Source of the DNA: Podarcis vaucheri
Taxonomy: Eukaryota
DNA: 64,000 nucleotides
Direction: 5' to 3' (one strand)
Assembly (NCBI GenBank): GCA_965113315.1
Contig: OZ220363.1
Part shown: positions 35,201 through 50,200 of the stretch, one piece after another
Layout: every line of letters starts with the position of its first letter
Position numbering within the stretch: the stretch's first letter is position 1
Program-made: the position numbers and the translations under genes
Notes under the pieces: generated by a model
What the model was told of the DNA's origin: nothing
Database searches by the model: none
Seen by the model: only the letters and a program-made list of their open reading frames with translations

Positions 35201-38200
35201 CTTAGCTTGGCGCTCGTTCTAATCTCGCAATCTGGCAGGACGTACAATCAGTGTCGCAAACAGCTGAGCCGTCATTGGGGCAGAACCGACTCTCCGTCTT
35301 CTTCCTGCCAAACTGGAGGTCGTGAGGGTCAGCAAGCTGAGCGCGGCAGGTGTAGCGGAAACGCTGCTCTTGGCGAGCGCCACTCTGAGTGATGTTGGTG
35401 GGCATCCATGGAGTCCAAGGTGTGTTTCTTCGGACCTCTGGGCAGGCCTCTGGGCTGCAGGTTTTATACTCCTACAGAAATAGGAGAAAATGGGGAAAGG
35501 ACCCAATTATTAGCATTTACTTGAGGGTTTGCAGCTTTACCAATGCACTTGGGGACAATGACATTTAAGGAACAATAAGATAAACCCCCGAATATTTGAC
35601 TCAAAATCACAAAACCACTGAAGCAGTAATAATGCTCAGAAGGTGTATAAATCAAGGTCTGGTATTGCTTCCAGTTCTTTAACAGAATACAATGCTGAGG
35701 CGACAGGCCTGCGCATGTGTTACATAAAGTGCCCATACTAATGCATGCAAATGAATTCCATAGACAAAGGCCCAGTTGGAGGCGTTTCCATGCGCTCCGG
35801 CTTCCATCACGGTGTCCCGTTGCACCAGAAGCGGTTTAGTCATGATGGCCACATGATCCGGAAAGCTGTCTGTGGACAAATGCCGGCTCCCTTCTTACCT
35901 AGCCCCTAGGTCAATTACCTGTAAGCTCCCTCTCTTGTCTTCTCTAAGCACAAGGTGTATAGGACAAGTCCTTAAAGGACTGAGGAAAAGAGAGCATAAG
36001 AAAACAGCAATGAAAGCCTATCTGAATGAAAACGTACCACAGCACAGCCTGGGCAGGAGTTTCCATTTTCACAAGACCTCTGCCTGGAGTGCACCCCTCC
36101 ACCACAATTTGCGCTACATTTATTCCAAGGGCCCCACGAAGACCAGAAGATTGGCAATGGGCATGGACTGTTCTCATTGCAGAACCTGGATGGAAACAAA
36201 ATTCCAGGGAGGGAAATAAGGAAACAATAATGCAAGTCAGTGTCCTGGAACACCCCAAAGGAAAGTTGTAAATGACTCTGCAAGGAACTGTTCGCACCAG
36301 GAAGAAAAAGGCTGACATCAGGTTGAGTAGAAATTCAACTTCAGCACCACAAGTAAAAAGATGCAAGGCAGACAAACAGAAAGAGTTAGTTGTACTTTAG
36401 ACCCACTGAAATCAACGGGAAATAAATTTTGAGGAACTAGTCCTATTGATTTCAGTGGGACTAAAAGCATTACTTGCTTAGTCTGGATCTAATCCATTCT
36501 TGTTAGTGTCCATTCTGGAGGGGCTGGAGATTCCAGCAGGCTGGTTTTCCCCCCAATTTGTAATACTTGCATCTTAACTATTTAATTATTTACACAGCTT
36601 TATCAATGGCAACAACTTCTAAGTTTGTTTGCATAGATGAACAATGAATGAGATCTCTTTTGTTTGTTGTTTCGGGATTATGGTCACACAAGTTTTCTAC
36701 CCTGTTTAAAAACTGTAATACTGCTATTTCCTTTTTTAAAAAAAGCACTGGATGGTCATAGCAGCAGAGCAACATCATAGGAGCTAACATTGACTTACGT
36801 TTGCTAAGTATAGCAAACTATCCTGCAAAAGACCCATAGATAGTTTATACCCAAATTAGATGTGTTCATAACCTACTACTAATGCTCACATTGTACCATT
36901 ATAATACAATTTTTTTTTTCTGGCATTGCCTGGGTGAAGAAAATAAAAATGTTTTGAAAACAGATACATCTTTATAAGTGTGTATTGACAGTACTGTCCA
37001 TTAACTTAGTACTTAAGTCTTAAAGCACTGCAAACTAATTTAGGCTAGAAATCCAGCTACTTGTAATTAAACTGGCATCTTTAGGATCCCAAATTATCTA
37101 ATAATCTGATGCCAATTACCCTAAAATAAATGGCTGAACTATATTATTGTTTAGCAAGTATTATGCTGGGTTTAAGGAGCCAAGTCCTTATGAGAGTACA
37201 GCGAGTTGATAGATTTGATGGAAACTGGGCACCATCACTGTGTATGTAACACAATGTTATCTACTGTAAGTATGCCCCCATCCTTCAGAGATTATTTTGA
37301 ATAGACTTATTACACAATTATTTGTGGTCCTAAAAACTGAAGTCTAATAAGTTTGCAAAGCTAACTATCTCCCATTCTCTTTGTGAAATTTTCCTTTTTG
37401 TATAGGAAATATACATACAGTTTGCTTAGTTTGTAGTTTTGTTCAATTTATATTCAATGCTTGCCATTTGTAACTGTGCTTTAAGCTTGTAAAAACTTCA
37501 AAAACAAAACAAGAAACCCACCACATAGTATCATGGTCAGACATTACTTTCCAAACCTGGCGTGAGAAGAAGCAAGGTCTTACAGCCCATTTATTATGCA
37601 AATTTATTCCATGTCAGTTCCACTTTGTTCATTTGGACTTACCTCCCAGCCATTAAGGCTTGTGTGAACCCACAATTTAGTACAATCTCCCTGCCTCCTC
37701 TGCAGTTAGAAAGTAGTTTGGCCAAACAGATCATGTTCGTCTGCCCCCCAGGCTTTCTGGATCATTTCCCCAGGAACTCTGGTCCAGGTAAATGTGGCAT
37801 TCAGCTGTGTTCAGCAGCACTTTCCTTGAGTTAATTTTATTTTTGTCCAACTACTTTTGCCCATTTTAAAAATAAGAAAGTTCTAGCTCCACTTCAGTCA
37901 TCACATAATAGAATCACCATTGCTATCACTACTTCAATGGAAAAAAATGAAGTTATGTTTCCAGTAGTCGCAGAGCTAATCAAACATGAAGACACACAGA
38001 CTAATTAAACGAAGTGTCTTTTGCATTTGCAATTCCTGAGCAGGTTTTTGTCTAGAATTTTAGCTGGGGTACTAACCATTTTATTTTATTTTTGGCCTGA
38101 GGGACACATTCATCAATGGCCAAACCTCCAAGGGCTGCAAAACAATGGTGTGTGTGGCCACTCCGCATTCTCACATGCTCATAGACACACTAAGGCAAAA

Positions 38201-41200
38201 AGCTTCCCCTCAGCTAATCTACGCAGATCAGCTAAGAAGAGGGAGTTACCCCCGCCTCCCTGCTCATCAACTTGATGTCTGGGGGAGGGAACAACTTGTA
38301 TTCCCACCCGCATCTCAGTGCTGCGTCCTTGTCCTTTTTCTTTGCTTTTTTGCCATCACCAAAATTGGTGGGGTCTTGGGGGCGTGATAAAAATTTGCTT
38401 GGGGAGCCAGATCAAACCTCAATTTTGCGCAAGTCCAACTACAAAATAAGCTGGCTCTCCCCTTCTTACCATGTTTAACAAAGAATCAGGCCTTTTAAAA
38501 TAAGATTTACTTACTTTATAATCATGCACTGGTTCACAGCTACAGTAGCAGTAAAAATTATATAGGCAAAATACTTATCTTTACATTATAACTAAAGCTG
38601 CATATATCTGCATCCAATGCTGGCCAAAGAAAGATGGAGGGGGGGGGGGACATATTATGTTTCCCTTCCTCTCCAGACAGGAGGGGAAATGACATCACAC
38701 AGAACCTCTCTACCAATTCTATTTCTATGATCTCAGCCCCTTCTCGTGATAACTAGCAAGAATATGTATTTGTTAGGTTTGGCTGCAAATCTCCCACAAA
38801 ACACACCCCTGGTTTTCTGGCACTCAATACCTGTGACTTCCAAGCATGCTTAGGGTGTTTTTTATTTTACCCCCATGGCCCATTTTTGGCTCCGCTTCTG
38901 TTAGCACTGACTATTTTAGTTTGCTGGTGTGGGGAATGGCATGCCATCTAAAGACTATCAACCCTCCTATGAAAATGCAGCATATGTGCAGTTCTCCTTT
39001 TAAATATGCATACTATTTTCTTTCTCTATTCATAGCATAACATAGCATGTGTTATGGCTAGAGCATCCTTATGCTCTTATTTCACTTATTGAGCAAATTT
39101 CTATCTCATCCTTCAGCACAAGAGCTCTATGGCTGGCTAACAGCTCCCATTCTGAATAGCAAGCGGCAATATTTTGTAGCACCACAGCATACTTCACTGG
39201 AAAAATTCAGGTTTAGCAACCTCAACAGCTTAACAATGCCATACTTTCTTTAAGTTATGGGCCTTATTTCAAACTATTACTTTGACATATGGGTGTGCGA
39301 CACAGTAACATATTTATATTTATTTAAAAGGTCTGTAAGGCAGCTTTATAGGCAAAAATGAATAATTATGAGATCAATATAAAAACACAATATGACAATG
39401 ATGAACCTAAAGCACACATAACATAAATGAAATAGTGAAAACTAGCAGAAGTAGAAGAATACAATAAATCACAATCTCATTCACAAAAGGCTTGCGGGGG
39501 GGGAATTAGTTTTTTTACTTGTTCCCTAAAAGATTAAAGAATGGGTGCCAAACAGGTGTTTCTGGGGAAGTGTTCCACAACCAGGGCAAGACCCTATCCC
39601 CAGTTGCCACCTGCCTAACCTCTACAGGTAGGGTCACCAGGAGCAGAGGTCTCAGACGATGATCTCAGTGAGTGGGCAGGTTCATATGGGAGAAGACATC
39701 TGGGATGGGTCACTAATCCATATGGTGTAATGAATCCTTCAAAAGAAAACACAAGAGCTCTGAGCCAAAAAAAAAAAAAGTCTCATAGAAGTTCAGGGAT
39801 GGGGAACGACTCTCACCGCTCCTCTCTGCTTTGTCCGACACAGACCCTGCCTCCGTATCGCGGAGCAGGGTTGCTGCACGACCTCTGACGGACCTGAAAG
39901 CCAATCCCACAGGAAGTGCTGCAGGGGGCCCAGGACGACCATGGTGTCCAAGCTCCATTCCTGACAGAGGGGAGGGGGAAGGAAGAAAGATAAAACAGGG
40001 CATCTGGGTTAATTCTTGTTTTTTTTCAACTTTAACGCTAAGTTCAACACTGCTGGCTCTGGAGTACCAACAGGTTGCAGAGACTGACTAGCACTACCAA
40101 GCACGCTTCCATAGAGGTTAGCCCAAGAAACAGACAGAGATTAGAGTTAGAATTCTGCATGTGCTTTTTTTTTAGTCTTCCCCAACTTTTAAATTTGAAG
40201 AAACAAAATCCATGGCAATTTCATGTTGAACAGATTTAAGCCTATGCTAAGCATAATAAGGGCAGGCGAGGGTTTCATTTTTATACCCTCCGTTACTCAT
40301 AAATTTGCAAAGTTTTGTATCATTTCTTGAGTTCCTTATGAAACCTTTAAAAAAAAAAAAAGATGTCATGGTGTTGTAGAAAAACCTGCAGAATCAAATA
40401 TGCTGAAAGGAGGAGAATTACAAAGGGCTGGGCATAAGAGATGAAAAATGCCCTGACCTCACTTAGGCAACTTCAGAAGCAGTATTTGCTACACATAATA
40501 AAGCTTTATAAGCACCGAATCATTTATTTATTGTATTCTAAAGGCTCAGAATGCATTACATTTTTAAAAAACAACAATGAGAAACTAAAAAATAGACATA
40601 CTGTAATTGCATAAAATAAAATAAAAAACACAAGCAGTTTAAAACCTCAGTTAGTATTTCCTTAAGCATAAAGACAAGACAATTTATTTTTACGGACATT
40701 TGAAGATTCAGGGAACACTCTTAGGATTAATAGAGCATTCTATTGGTGGACCTGGAATATGACAAAACAGACTGCTAAACCATCCGTGAGGTGCTATTTC
40801 TCAAGAAACTTTCCTCCAATTTCAGGTGTTCTCCTTGCCCAATACTTGTTCAAATTTCTCTCATTTTACGTTTGCCTTTTAGCTCACAGAACCCTAGATT
40901 CCCAAACAATGTGCTAATCTCAGGGTCCATTTAATAAAGGAAAGACAGATACTGTGGTGGTCAATTATTCTGAAAATGATTGGAACATATTCTTCTTTCT
41001 TAAGTAGGTATGTGTCTTTCCTTAGAAATGCAGAGTCGCAACGGAAAAGACATTTCAGGGGCAAAGTTATACCCCCTCCTCATCCAACTCCAAATAATTG
41101 TTATTCTACCAAATTGTAGTTTCCTTTTTGTCATCACACACTCCTGCTTTTCACCTCAGTGGCCCTGACCAAGTGACAGAGCAACTATTTTCTACAGTTC

Positions 41201-44200
41201 ATTCTCAAGTCCATATCACATGCTGTCCTGTTTCTTGTGGTCCTGAAAGTGGAGCTGGTGAACAGATGTGTTGATTTTCCAAGAATTGACTGAATTAATA
41301 AAAGTGTTTGGCAACCAGTGGGTACCTGGCAAGGCAACAGATGCAGCAGGAAGCTTAAATTAAAACCTGCGTAGCCTTCACGGTTTTCAAGTCCGTTATC
41401 AACTCTCCCATTCTCTTGGCACTGTTCTCTTTTCTTTCATAAGAAGGTGAGGAAATAAAAAAGGTCTTCCATACAAACTGTGATATAACCCATGTTTTGC
41501 CTATTGTTTCCTTGACCATCAAGAAAGACATGGTACCCAAAACTTAAAATATGTGATTACAATAAATGAATAAATGCGTTCTGTCACACCCCTGAAAGTG
41601 GGTAGGGGGAAGCCACAGAAATCAAAACCACCAGTATCCAAAACTCAACTAAGTAATATATTTCTAAAATCATTCCATGTTTTGTGTGTAGTTTTAAACC
41701 CTTTAAAAATCCATCCATATAGCAAAACATTTGATTAGCCAAATGTTTTGGATAGTTGCCATGTCATTTGGATAAATGAAGTTCTACTGTATATGCACAT
41801 ATTTTGTTTTGAAGATTAAGATTTTTAAAGGAGGAAGTCTCAATTTATATTCAAAGTATAGACAATCTTCAAGAAGGTTTTCATCAGCACTGTGGCATTT
41901 GCAATCTTATATCTTATTTATAACTAAAACTCTTTTTTAAACTTTGTAATGAAAGCCTCGCAATGCCATACGAAGACAGTTAAAATTGAAATACTAGACC
42001 TGCAATGAGTGTAAGATGATCATATGGCTGTATTTCTTAACAGTCACTGAATTTTAACACTGAATGCATTTCTCATCCACTTCCTACAGGCTAATCTTGT
42101 GGTATCCCACACTTTTAGAGATCATGTTGTTGGCAATGATTAAATGATTGCATCAGCTGCCTTATGTCTCTTGCAGGCTAGAGGATGCTCCACATGGTAG
42201 AATTCTACCAGCTGTAAGAATGGCTGATCAAGAGCATAAAAAATGTAAAAGAAGATTGACCCAGAAAGGCCCACATGCTTGCACTGGTATGCCTTCAAAT
42301 TGCTAGGTTGGCAGAAGCTGGGACAGAGCAACGGGAGCTCACCCCATCGTGCGGATTCGAACCGCTGACCTTCTGATAGGCAAGCCCAAGGGACTCTGGT
42401 TTAGATCACAGCAGCATCCGCATCCAGCAAACACAGATAGTAGTTGCTACACAGAAGTGTCTACACAAGCCTGAAGAAAAAAGACAGACTAAATCCCGCC
42501 AGGTGTGACAGATAAGATGGTCAAATTGCACAATGGCATCCCTACAGCTTACAGTGTGTGTGCATGTATTTAGGTCTCCCCAAAATAGTTTCTCCTAATC
42601 TAAAATGGATATGAATGCAAAATGGTCAATAAAGATATGTGATGGGGACCGTGAAAGTGGGAGAAAAACACACATGCAACGTGGTAATGATGACATTGAT
42701 TCAGGGAGCACAACAGATGCGAAAGCTAGCTCTCAGTGATCCACAGCAAACAAAAGGGCTGCCAGTTGAACTCAGGAAGCTACACAATATCAGTTGTATT
42801 AACAAGAAAAGGCTGAAGCTGCCCAGAGTGGCTGGGGCAACCCAGTCAGGTGNNNNNNNNNNNNNNNNNNNNNNNNNNNNNNNNNNNNNNNNNNNNNNNN
42901 NNNNNNNNNNNNNNNNNNNNNNNNNNNNNNNNNNNNNNNNNNNNNNNNNNNNNNNNNNNNNNNNNNNNNNNNNNNNNNNNNNNNNNNNNNNNNNNNAAAT
43001 GATCAGCCATTCATTTTTTAAAAAGATTGTTTATATTGCTTTCACTTGCTTCAGTATTTAAACAGTGTTAGGACTCCCATGATGCCATCTGTTAAGAGGG
43101 AACTATCAGAAGATGCAGAGCATAACAATTGATTATGTTTTTATAATTTAGTTGTACCGCAGGCAATGTGATGTATTACTTTAATGAAGTTGATGCAACT
43201 TTCTTGGTCAAACAAAGCAAAACTACATGAACTCCTGCGACTTGGGGTAGGGGCAGGGCAAGATAAATCTATCCTTTTATAATGTTTTATATCTGCGCTG
43301 GGGAATCTGTGGCCCTTCATATGATGTTGGGACTTCAGCTCCCATCGGCCCAAGGTGACCTGGCCAATGGTGAGGGACGATGAGTGTGGCAGTCGACCAA
43401 CATGGGGAGGATTGCTGGTCCCCATTACTGGTTTATCTGTAACAGTTTGGAAGTGTGAGGTACATAATGAATATACTAGCTAGATGCCCACAAGCCAGAT
43501 ATGTTCTGTGGCAATCACTATTCTGATCACTGCTATCACAATTGACTGGAAGAACCCTTGTAGGATGAGGGGGTGATTCTATAATTCGGACTCGTAATGG
43601 GGGGTGTAATGGGGGAGAACCAAGGGTGGCATTTATTCCAGATTAATTACTCCAAGCTATAAGTGAGACTTTGAAAATGATTTGTTTGCCAATAGTTTCA
43701 CAGTGTCAGGTTTCCTAGTAAACTCACTTGGTATTTGATAAATCCCTCCAGTGACACGATATTATTTTTTTTATATGTTTCTATCCCTGCCCTTCCTCCA
43801 ATGAAACGAGGGCAGTGTACTTGGCTTTCCTCTTTTATCCTCACAGCAACCCTAAGAGGTAGACAAGGCTGAGGAATAGTGGCCTCAACCATCCCAGTGA
43901 GTTTCACCCCTGTGTGGGGATTTGAACTAGTGCTCTAGACAGCAGAATATTTAAGTTGTAGCAACATTGCTTCTTTTCCTGTAACCCCTGCTTCCTCATT
44001 TTAAGTGACTTTTGAGCTCTATAGGTGAGTTTGACCAAGAAAGAGGCAATAACAGTAGACAGATGAAAGGAGTAACTTTTCACCCTTCCTGCATATACAA
44101 GACATAAAAGACGTTCAGGTACCTTGAGCAATTTGCAATCTCTATCCTGGCTCCTTCACAGTCACGTCCACCACACTGAGGCTGAGGGCTGTTACACAAC

Positions 44201-47200
44201 CGCGATCTGCACATGCAGGAGCCTGTGCTGTCACCATCCGAGTGTTCACACGGTTGCCACGGAGACCAGGCCCCCAACTGGCCATCCACCATCAGATTTT
44301 TCACCTAATTTAAATAAAGAGAAGTCATCACGGCGAGTCTGTGCATCGTAAGTTGCCCATGAGGGCAAAGTTGCAGTCGAGGCAAGGAGATGTGTGAGAA
44401 TCTTTCCTACCCCTCTCCAGAAAAACACAATGTCAGTACTCCCTCACAATTCCACGCTGAATACTGCAGGCAGATACTCATATTTAGCATAACATAAACT
44501 AAGGAATAATCCCTCACTACCAGGGCCAGCCCTACCATTAAACAGAGGAAGGCTATTCCTGCCTCAGGCAGGAGATGCTGAGGGATGGGCTGTAAGGTGG
44601 AACAAGGGACAGAGTTGTGTGTGCTTTGTGTCCTGCTCTGTACATCCCTAAACTAGCCCACCGTCCTCAGGTGTAGTAGAGAATGCAGTCCTGTTGCCAA
44701 ATTGAAAGTAACATTCAACTCATTCATTCATTCAATCAATCAATCAATCAATCAGATTCTGCATGTGAAAGGGAGAGGGTACAAGCTTGTCCCCTGCCTG
44801 AGGCAGCAAAATTTCTTAGGCCAACCAAGTTCACTACACAGTCACTGTGTGTGCAATACCCTAGATATAAGTAAATAAATATCCAATGAGAACAGAAGAC
44901 TTAAATGAACTGCACATGTTCTTAAGGTCTGATTCTGAACTCTTCATTTCAGCTGAAATGTAAAAAGCAGTGGCAACCATTTCAGTTTGTGGCTTCCACA
45001 TTTCAAATCAGCATCACTTTGACCACAGTGCTACATGTGTGTTATACCAAAGTGCTTCATCTGTGCTAGATAACTTCCACTACTCCCACAGTGCACCCCT
45101 GTGTGATGCTGTCTGAACACAATATGAAGGTAAAAAGGATTTGATTTTGGAGATCCACACATTCCTCTTAGAAGAAGCTTTTACCCAGGGGCAGGCAACC
45201 TAAGGCCCCGGGCCCAAATGCGGCCCAATTGCCTTCTCAATCCAGCCCGTAGACAGTCCGGGAATCAGCGTGTTTTTACATGAGTAGAATGTGTCCCTTT
45301 ATTTAAAATGCATCTCTGGGTTATTTGTGGGACCTGCCTGGACTGGCCCACGGCTGAAAAAGGTTGCTGACCCCTGCTTTTACCTCTCAGGGGAAATAGC
45401 ACCATCCACAGTTGAAGCAGCAAAGCAAAGCTAGAGGGGCACTTGCCTGCAGACCAGCTCGTCAGCTGCCACTAATAGTTGTACATGTTTATTTTTGTAG
45501 AGAGGCACTTTCTCCATCTCACAAGAGAATCAAAACACTATACCTCTTACCCGAGGCAACTCCAAAAACACACAATGAATTAGTAAGGCATTTAGGTTTA
45601 CAAATCATAAGTTTCTATCTCCAACTTCTCCGCTCCTCTCTCTTTCTGGCACAGTTAAGCACTCCCTTGGCTCTTCCTATAAGCAGCCGCCACCCCCATC
45701 TCAAGACTATGAGAACTGACATGGAAGTAATTTAGGTCTGTCGTTATGCTCATCACACTGTAGTCAGAGGACTTTAAACATCTGTTGCAAAGCTTTGTTT
45801 TCACCACACTCTAATTCAGCAGTACACAAACAATAAGCACCATGGGGGAGTCTTGTGCTGAGATTTCTGCGCTCTGGATAATGCTCAGCTGGACTACTTG
45901 GCTTAGTTAGGAACATCACATATTTAAGCAAGATGAAGACAAACTGGGCAAGATTAATAGCAGAAAGATGACATGATTAAATACTGAAGAAGCACATAAT
46001 TTTCTTCTTCTTCTTCTCTGGCACAGAGGAGGATGCTAGGAGGGAAAGCCATATTGCAGCCCTAACCCTCCCATCTCAGCTAACTTGTCCTTTCTGTAAT
46101 TAATCGGAGATGGTGCTGGCTGCCCATTTAAAGGCTGCATTAAGAGGGGAATTTTGGGACGTGGGTGGTGCTGTGGGTTAAACCACAGAGCCTAGGACTT
46201 GCCAATCAGAAGGTTGGCAGTTTGAATCCCCGTGACAGGGTGAGCGCCCGTTGCTCGGTCCCTGCTCCTGCCAACCTAGCAGTTTGAAAACATGTCGAAG
46301 TGCAAGTAGATAAATAGGTACCACTCTGGCAGGAAGGTAAACGGTTTTTCCGTGTGCTGCTCTGGTTCGCCAGAAGCAGCTTAGTCATGCTGGCCACATG
46401 ACCCGGAAGCTGTACGCCGGCTCCCTCGGCCAATAAAGCGAGATGAGCGCCGCGACCTCAGAGTCGGTCACAACTGAACCTAATGGTCAGGGGTCCCTTT
46501 ACCTTTACCTTTAAGAGGGAAATTTTAGCAAGTTCATAGATCATAGGTCTTGCTACTCACAGTGACAATATGCTACCTCCAGTTTCAGAGGCAGCACACC
46601 ACTGAATACCAGTTCCTGCGAGATCAGATGAGGAGGGCAATTACTTTCAGGCTCTGCTTGTGGGGTTTTCAACAACCATCATGCTGGCCACTGTGGGAAG
46701 CAAGATTCTGGGCTAAGTGAACTCTTGGTCTAAACCAGAAGGGCTCTTCTTTTTGTTCTCAGAAAATAAGCAGGTCGGAATTAATAAAGTAATAGAGAAG
46801 TGTCCTGTGTAATTTAGCCCTCTAATAGGGTGGCGCTGTGGGTAAAACCTCAGTGCCTAGGACTTGCCGATCGTATGGTCGGCGGTTCGAATCCCTGCGG
46901 CAGGGTGAGCTCCCATCGTTCGGTCCCAGCTCCTGCCCACCTAGCAGTTCGAAAGCACTCTTAAGTGCAAGTAGATAAATAGGGACCGCTTTATAGCGGG
47001 AAGGTAATCGGCATTTCCATGTGCTGCGCTGGTGCTGGTTCGCCAGCTGCAGCTTCGTCGCGCTGGCCACATGACCCGGAAGTGTCTTCAGACGGCGCCG
47101 GTTCACGGCCTCTAGAGCGAGATGAGCACGCAACCCTAAAGTCGGACACGACTGGCCCGTACGGGCAGGGGTACCTTTACCTTTAAACTTGTGAACTTTC

Positions 47201-50200
47201 ATGTGTAGAGAAGCTTCTGATTTTCCTATGTTTGGGATTTTTCACCAGATTTTAGCAGGTCCAATTTACTCTCCTGGTTATGGATCACTCCATACCTTCT
47301 GTTATTTTTTCCAGCTTGCATTTCTTGAATTGGAAGGGATGATCAGTGCACAAGTAGCAGCAGTAGTAGTTTTGTTTTAAAGAAAAGCTTATTTACTGGT
47401 CTTTGAAATCTATTGTGATAAACGTATGACAACCTGTGCACGTCACACTTTTTCTGCAATCAAGAGAAACTGACAGGGCTTCTAGGAAGCCTTGCCAATT
47501 TCACCACTATCATTTGTATACACACCCACCCACCCACCCCTGAAGTGTTGTGGCATGCACCTGTGGTGGTGCATGAACATGACCTTTTGAAGAAACAAAG
47601 TGCTCTTTTTCTTGGAAGGCTGTTTAGGCAAGGGAGGTGACCCAGCTGCTTCCTTGAGGCCGACAACAACCAATGAGCCTGTCACCACAAACAAGAGAAG
47701 GAGATCCATGCATGGAAGATGGATTTTGTCTGTATATCATTTATTGCAGGCATAGGCAAACTCGGTCCTCCAGATGTTTTGGGACTACAACTCCCATCAT
47801 CCCTAGCTAACAGGACCAGTGTTGTAGTCCCAAAACATCTTTAGAGCCGAGTTTGCCTATGCCTGATTTATTGGATCAAGAACCGTCAAATGTAAATTAG
47901 AGGCACATAAATCTCAAACACCAACGTGGCGCTTCAGAGTCATTGATATATGAGCACATATGTGAGAAAGCCACTCAAAATATTACAGTAGGAGGCTTTG
48001 TATTATACTATTTATTGGCACTATTAGAAGTACTTGAACCAATCCTGTCATGCGACTAGGTAGACAAAGCTATAGCACACCTCCAATCAACTTATTTGTG
48101 GCAAGGCAAATAAGTTACTTGTGCACATCATTGCATATTAACACCATGTTTTCAATTTCTCCTAAATTCAGCAATCTGTTTTAACAAGGAGAGAAGAGAC
48201 AGAGGGCTGGAATTCATGGAATGGGGTGGATTGTGGGACAGGAGGGAACACGGGAGTCAGACCACCAGGTCCATCAAGCTGGGTATTGTCTACTCCTGAC
48301 TAGCAGTAGCTCTTCGGGGCTTCAGGCAAAGTTTGCTCCCAGCCCTTCCTGGAGATGCTGAGCACTGAACCCGGGACCTTCCGCTTGCTAAGCAGATAAT
48401 CCGTCACTGAGCTATGGCTATTCGAATCTCCATTGCGCTCACATGTTTTTCCCATCTGCAAAGAGTTTACTTGCATTCTCAAAAGTCTAGCACTGATCAT
48501 TCAGCCTCCTGAGCATTCTCCACTTATGTGAACAGGGAACTGGGCTCATACACAAGATCTGCACCAATGAGTGCAAAGCGAATCTGGATCAGGAAAATGA
48601 AAGCTTTTATAACCAAGCTACTTTGAAATATTTCGGCTTTATTTGCTTTAAGATAAGAAGCGGGGCACAGATAAAGATGTAACTCTAAGTCCAGATGTGT
48701 TCACTTTAATTAAAACAAATCATTTTTCCCCTTAGCTTTTATTTAGGCATGATGCTTGCTGGGGTTTTCGGTTTTTTTAAGGAAGTTTTGCTCTATGCTG
48801 GATGCTGTTCAGAACAGACTGTTGCAGCCTGCACGGAACCTCTGATCCAGCAGAGCTGTTCTCATGTACTTTGCTCAGAAATCAAGGACATAATTTGGCG
48901 TAGTGCTTTAATTAAGAAGCACAGAAAGAAAAAGAAAAATACCAGAGAACCTGAGAAACAATTATTGGATCGTAGCTGGCATAGAGAAAGCAACCACATT
49001 TTAATTAAACAAACATGGAAAATTTCAAAACAAATCAATTTTACATGCGGAAACCTTATTTATTACCCACCACCACCACCTTGAACAACATATGGATTAT
49101 AATTCCAGCCTTCGGTTTGTAGCAATTTCTTTAGAATAAATGGTATGGATTCTGATTAAGAAAATATGCACTGATCTAGTCAGAAAACAGCCCTCCTTAG
49201 TGGCTTCTCTGTAGTTCATGCATTGCCAACCAGTTTTTTTTTTTTTTAAAAAAAAAGAGTTGGGGAGAGATTTAAACACCATCTTTAATAGAATTAATTT
49301 CTGAAGCCTTGATCCAAGTAATAGAATCCTCCATTAATCACAGCTGGCTATGTCTTATATGAAGAATAAGAGCCAATTCCTGCATGCTACTCAAAGCATA
49401 AATTCCTAATGGATCTCAGAAAACTGCCTCACAGAGAAAGGATCTAAAACAAGAATAACAATTTATTTTTCAAAAAAACCCCAAAACATTAAAGACAGTA
49501 TCACTTCAGAGATACGGAGCGTTCGCTAGAAAAGCTATTTGAAAAGGTGAGACACCCCTTGCTCTTCAAGTTCAACGCTTCTTGTCCAAAACCTTCATAT
49601 TGCTGCTCCCATGGTTACAACAACCCTCCCATGTACATTTCTATATTTCCAGCCAACATCACTACCACAGTGCAGCCTGGACTCCCAAGAGTGTCCTCTT
49701 ATGACTTCCCTCCCTTAGTGTCTAATTGGAAGTAGCAGCAAAAGGGCCCTATAAAAAGAATTTATGAGGCTGCACTAATACACACATTTTCCCCTACAGG
49801 CAGAAATATTGCTTTGCTTTATCCTATTTCTCTTCACAAAATGGTACTGGAAAATGAAAAATGAGTCAAGGAAATATACTCTTCTTTTCCGGAGAGGGGA
49901 GGAAGCCCCCTGTGTGCACCTCATTTTTCAGATTTGTGGTGAAAAGGAAACAGCTAAAACTTTTATTTTCTCCATGGAATTAAGAAGGCTTAATCTCACA
50001 TGGTCCGAAAAAAGAAGCCCAAAGCCTGCCCCTGATCGCTTCCAGAATACAGTGGCGGGGCGGGGGGAGATGACCCAATATAAGAATTGGGGTGAAAAAG
50101 TTACTTCTGGATAGCCTAAAGAATGGGTGTCACCTTCCACATGTCATTGGGCTCCAGCTCCCAAAAAAGAACAGGCAACTGTCAATATATTATGAAAACC

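Noticed and set aside
36340-36351. REST/NRSE-like TTCAGCACCAC
   Set aside because: Left half-site only; the GGACAG half is missing
41723-41750. 11-bp inverted repeat caaaacatttg/caaatgttttg
   Set aside because: Short and AT-rich; consistent with chance or a decayed repeat
46822-47202. ORFs and tRNA-like boxes over 8679-9129, 46206-46433 and 46822-47202
   Set aside because: These are Sauria SINE sequences, not protein or tRNA genes
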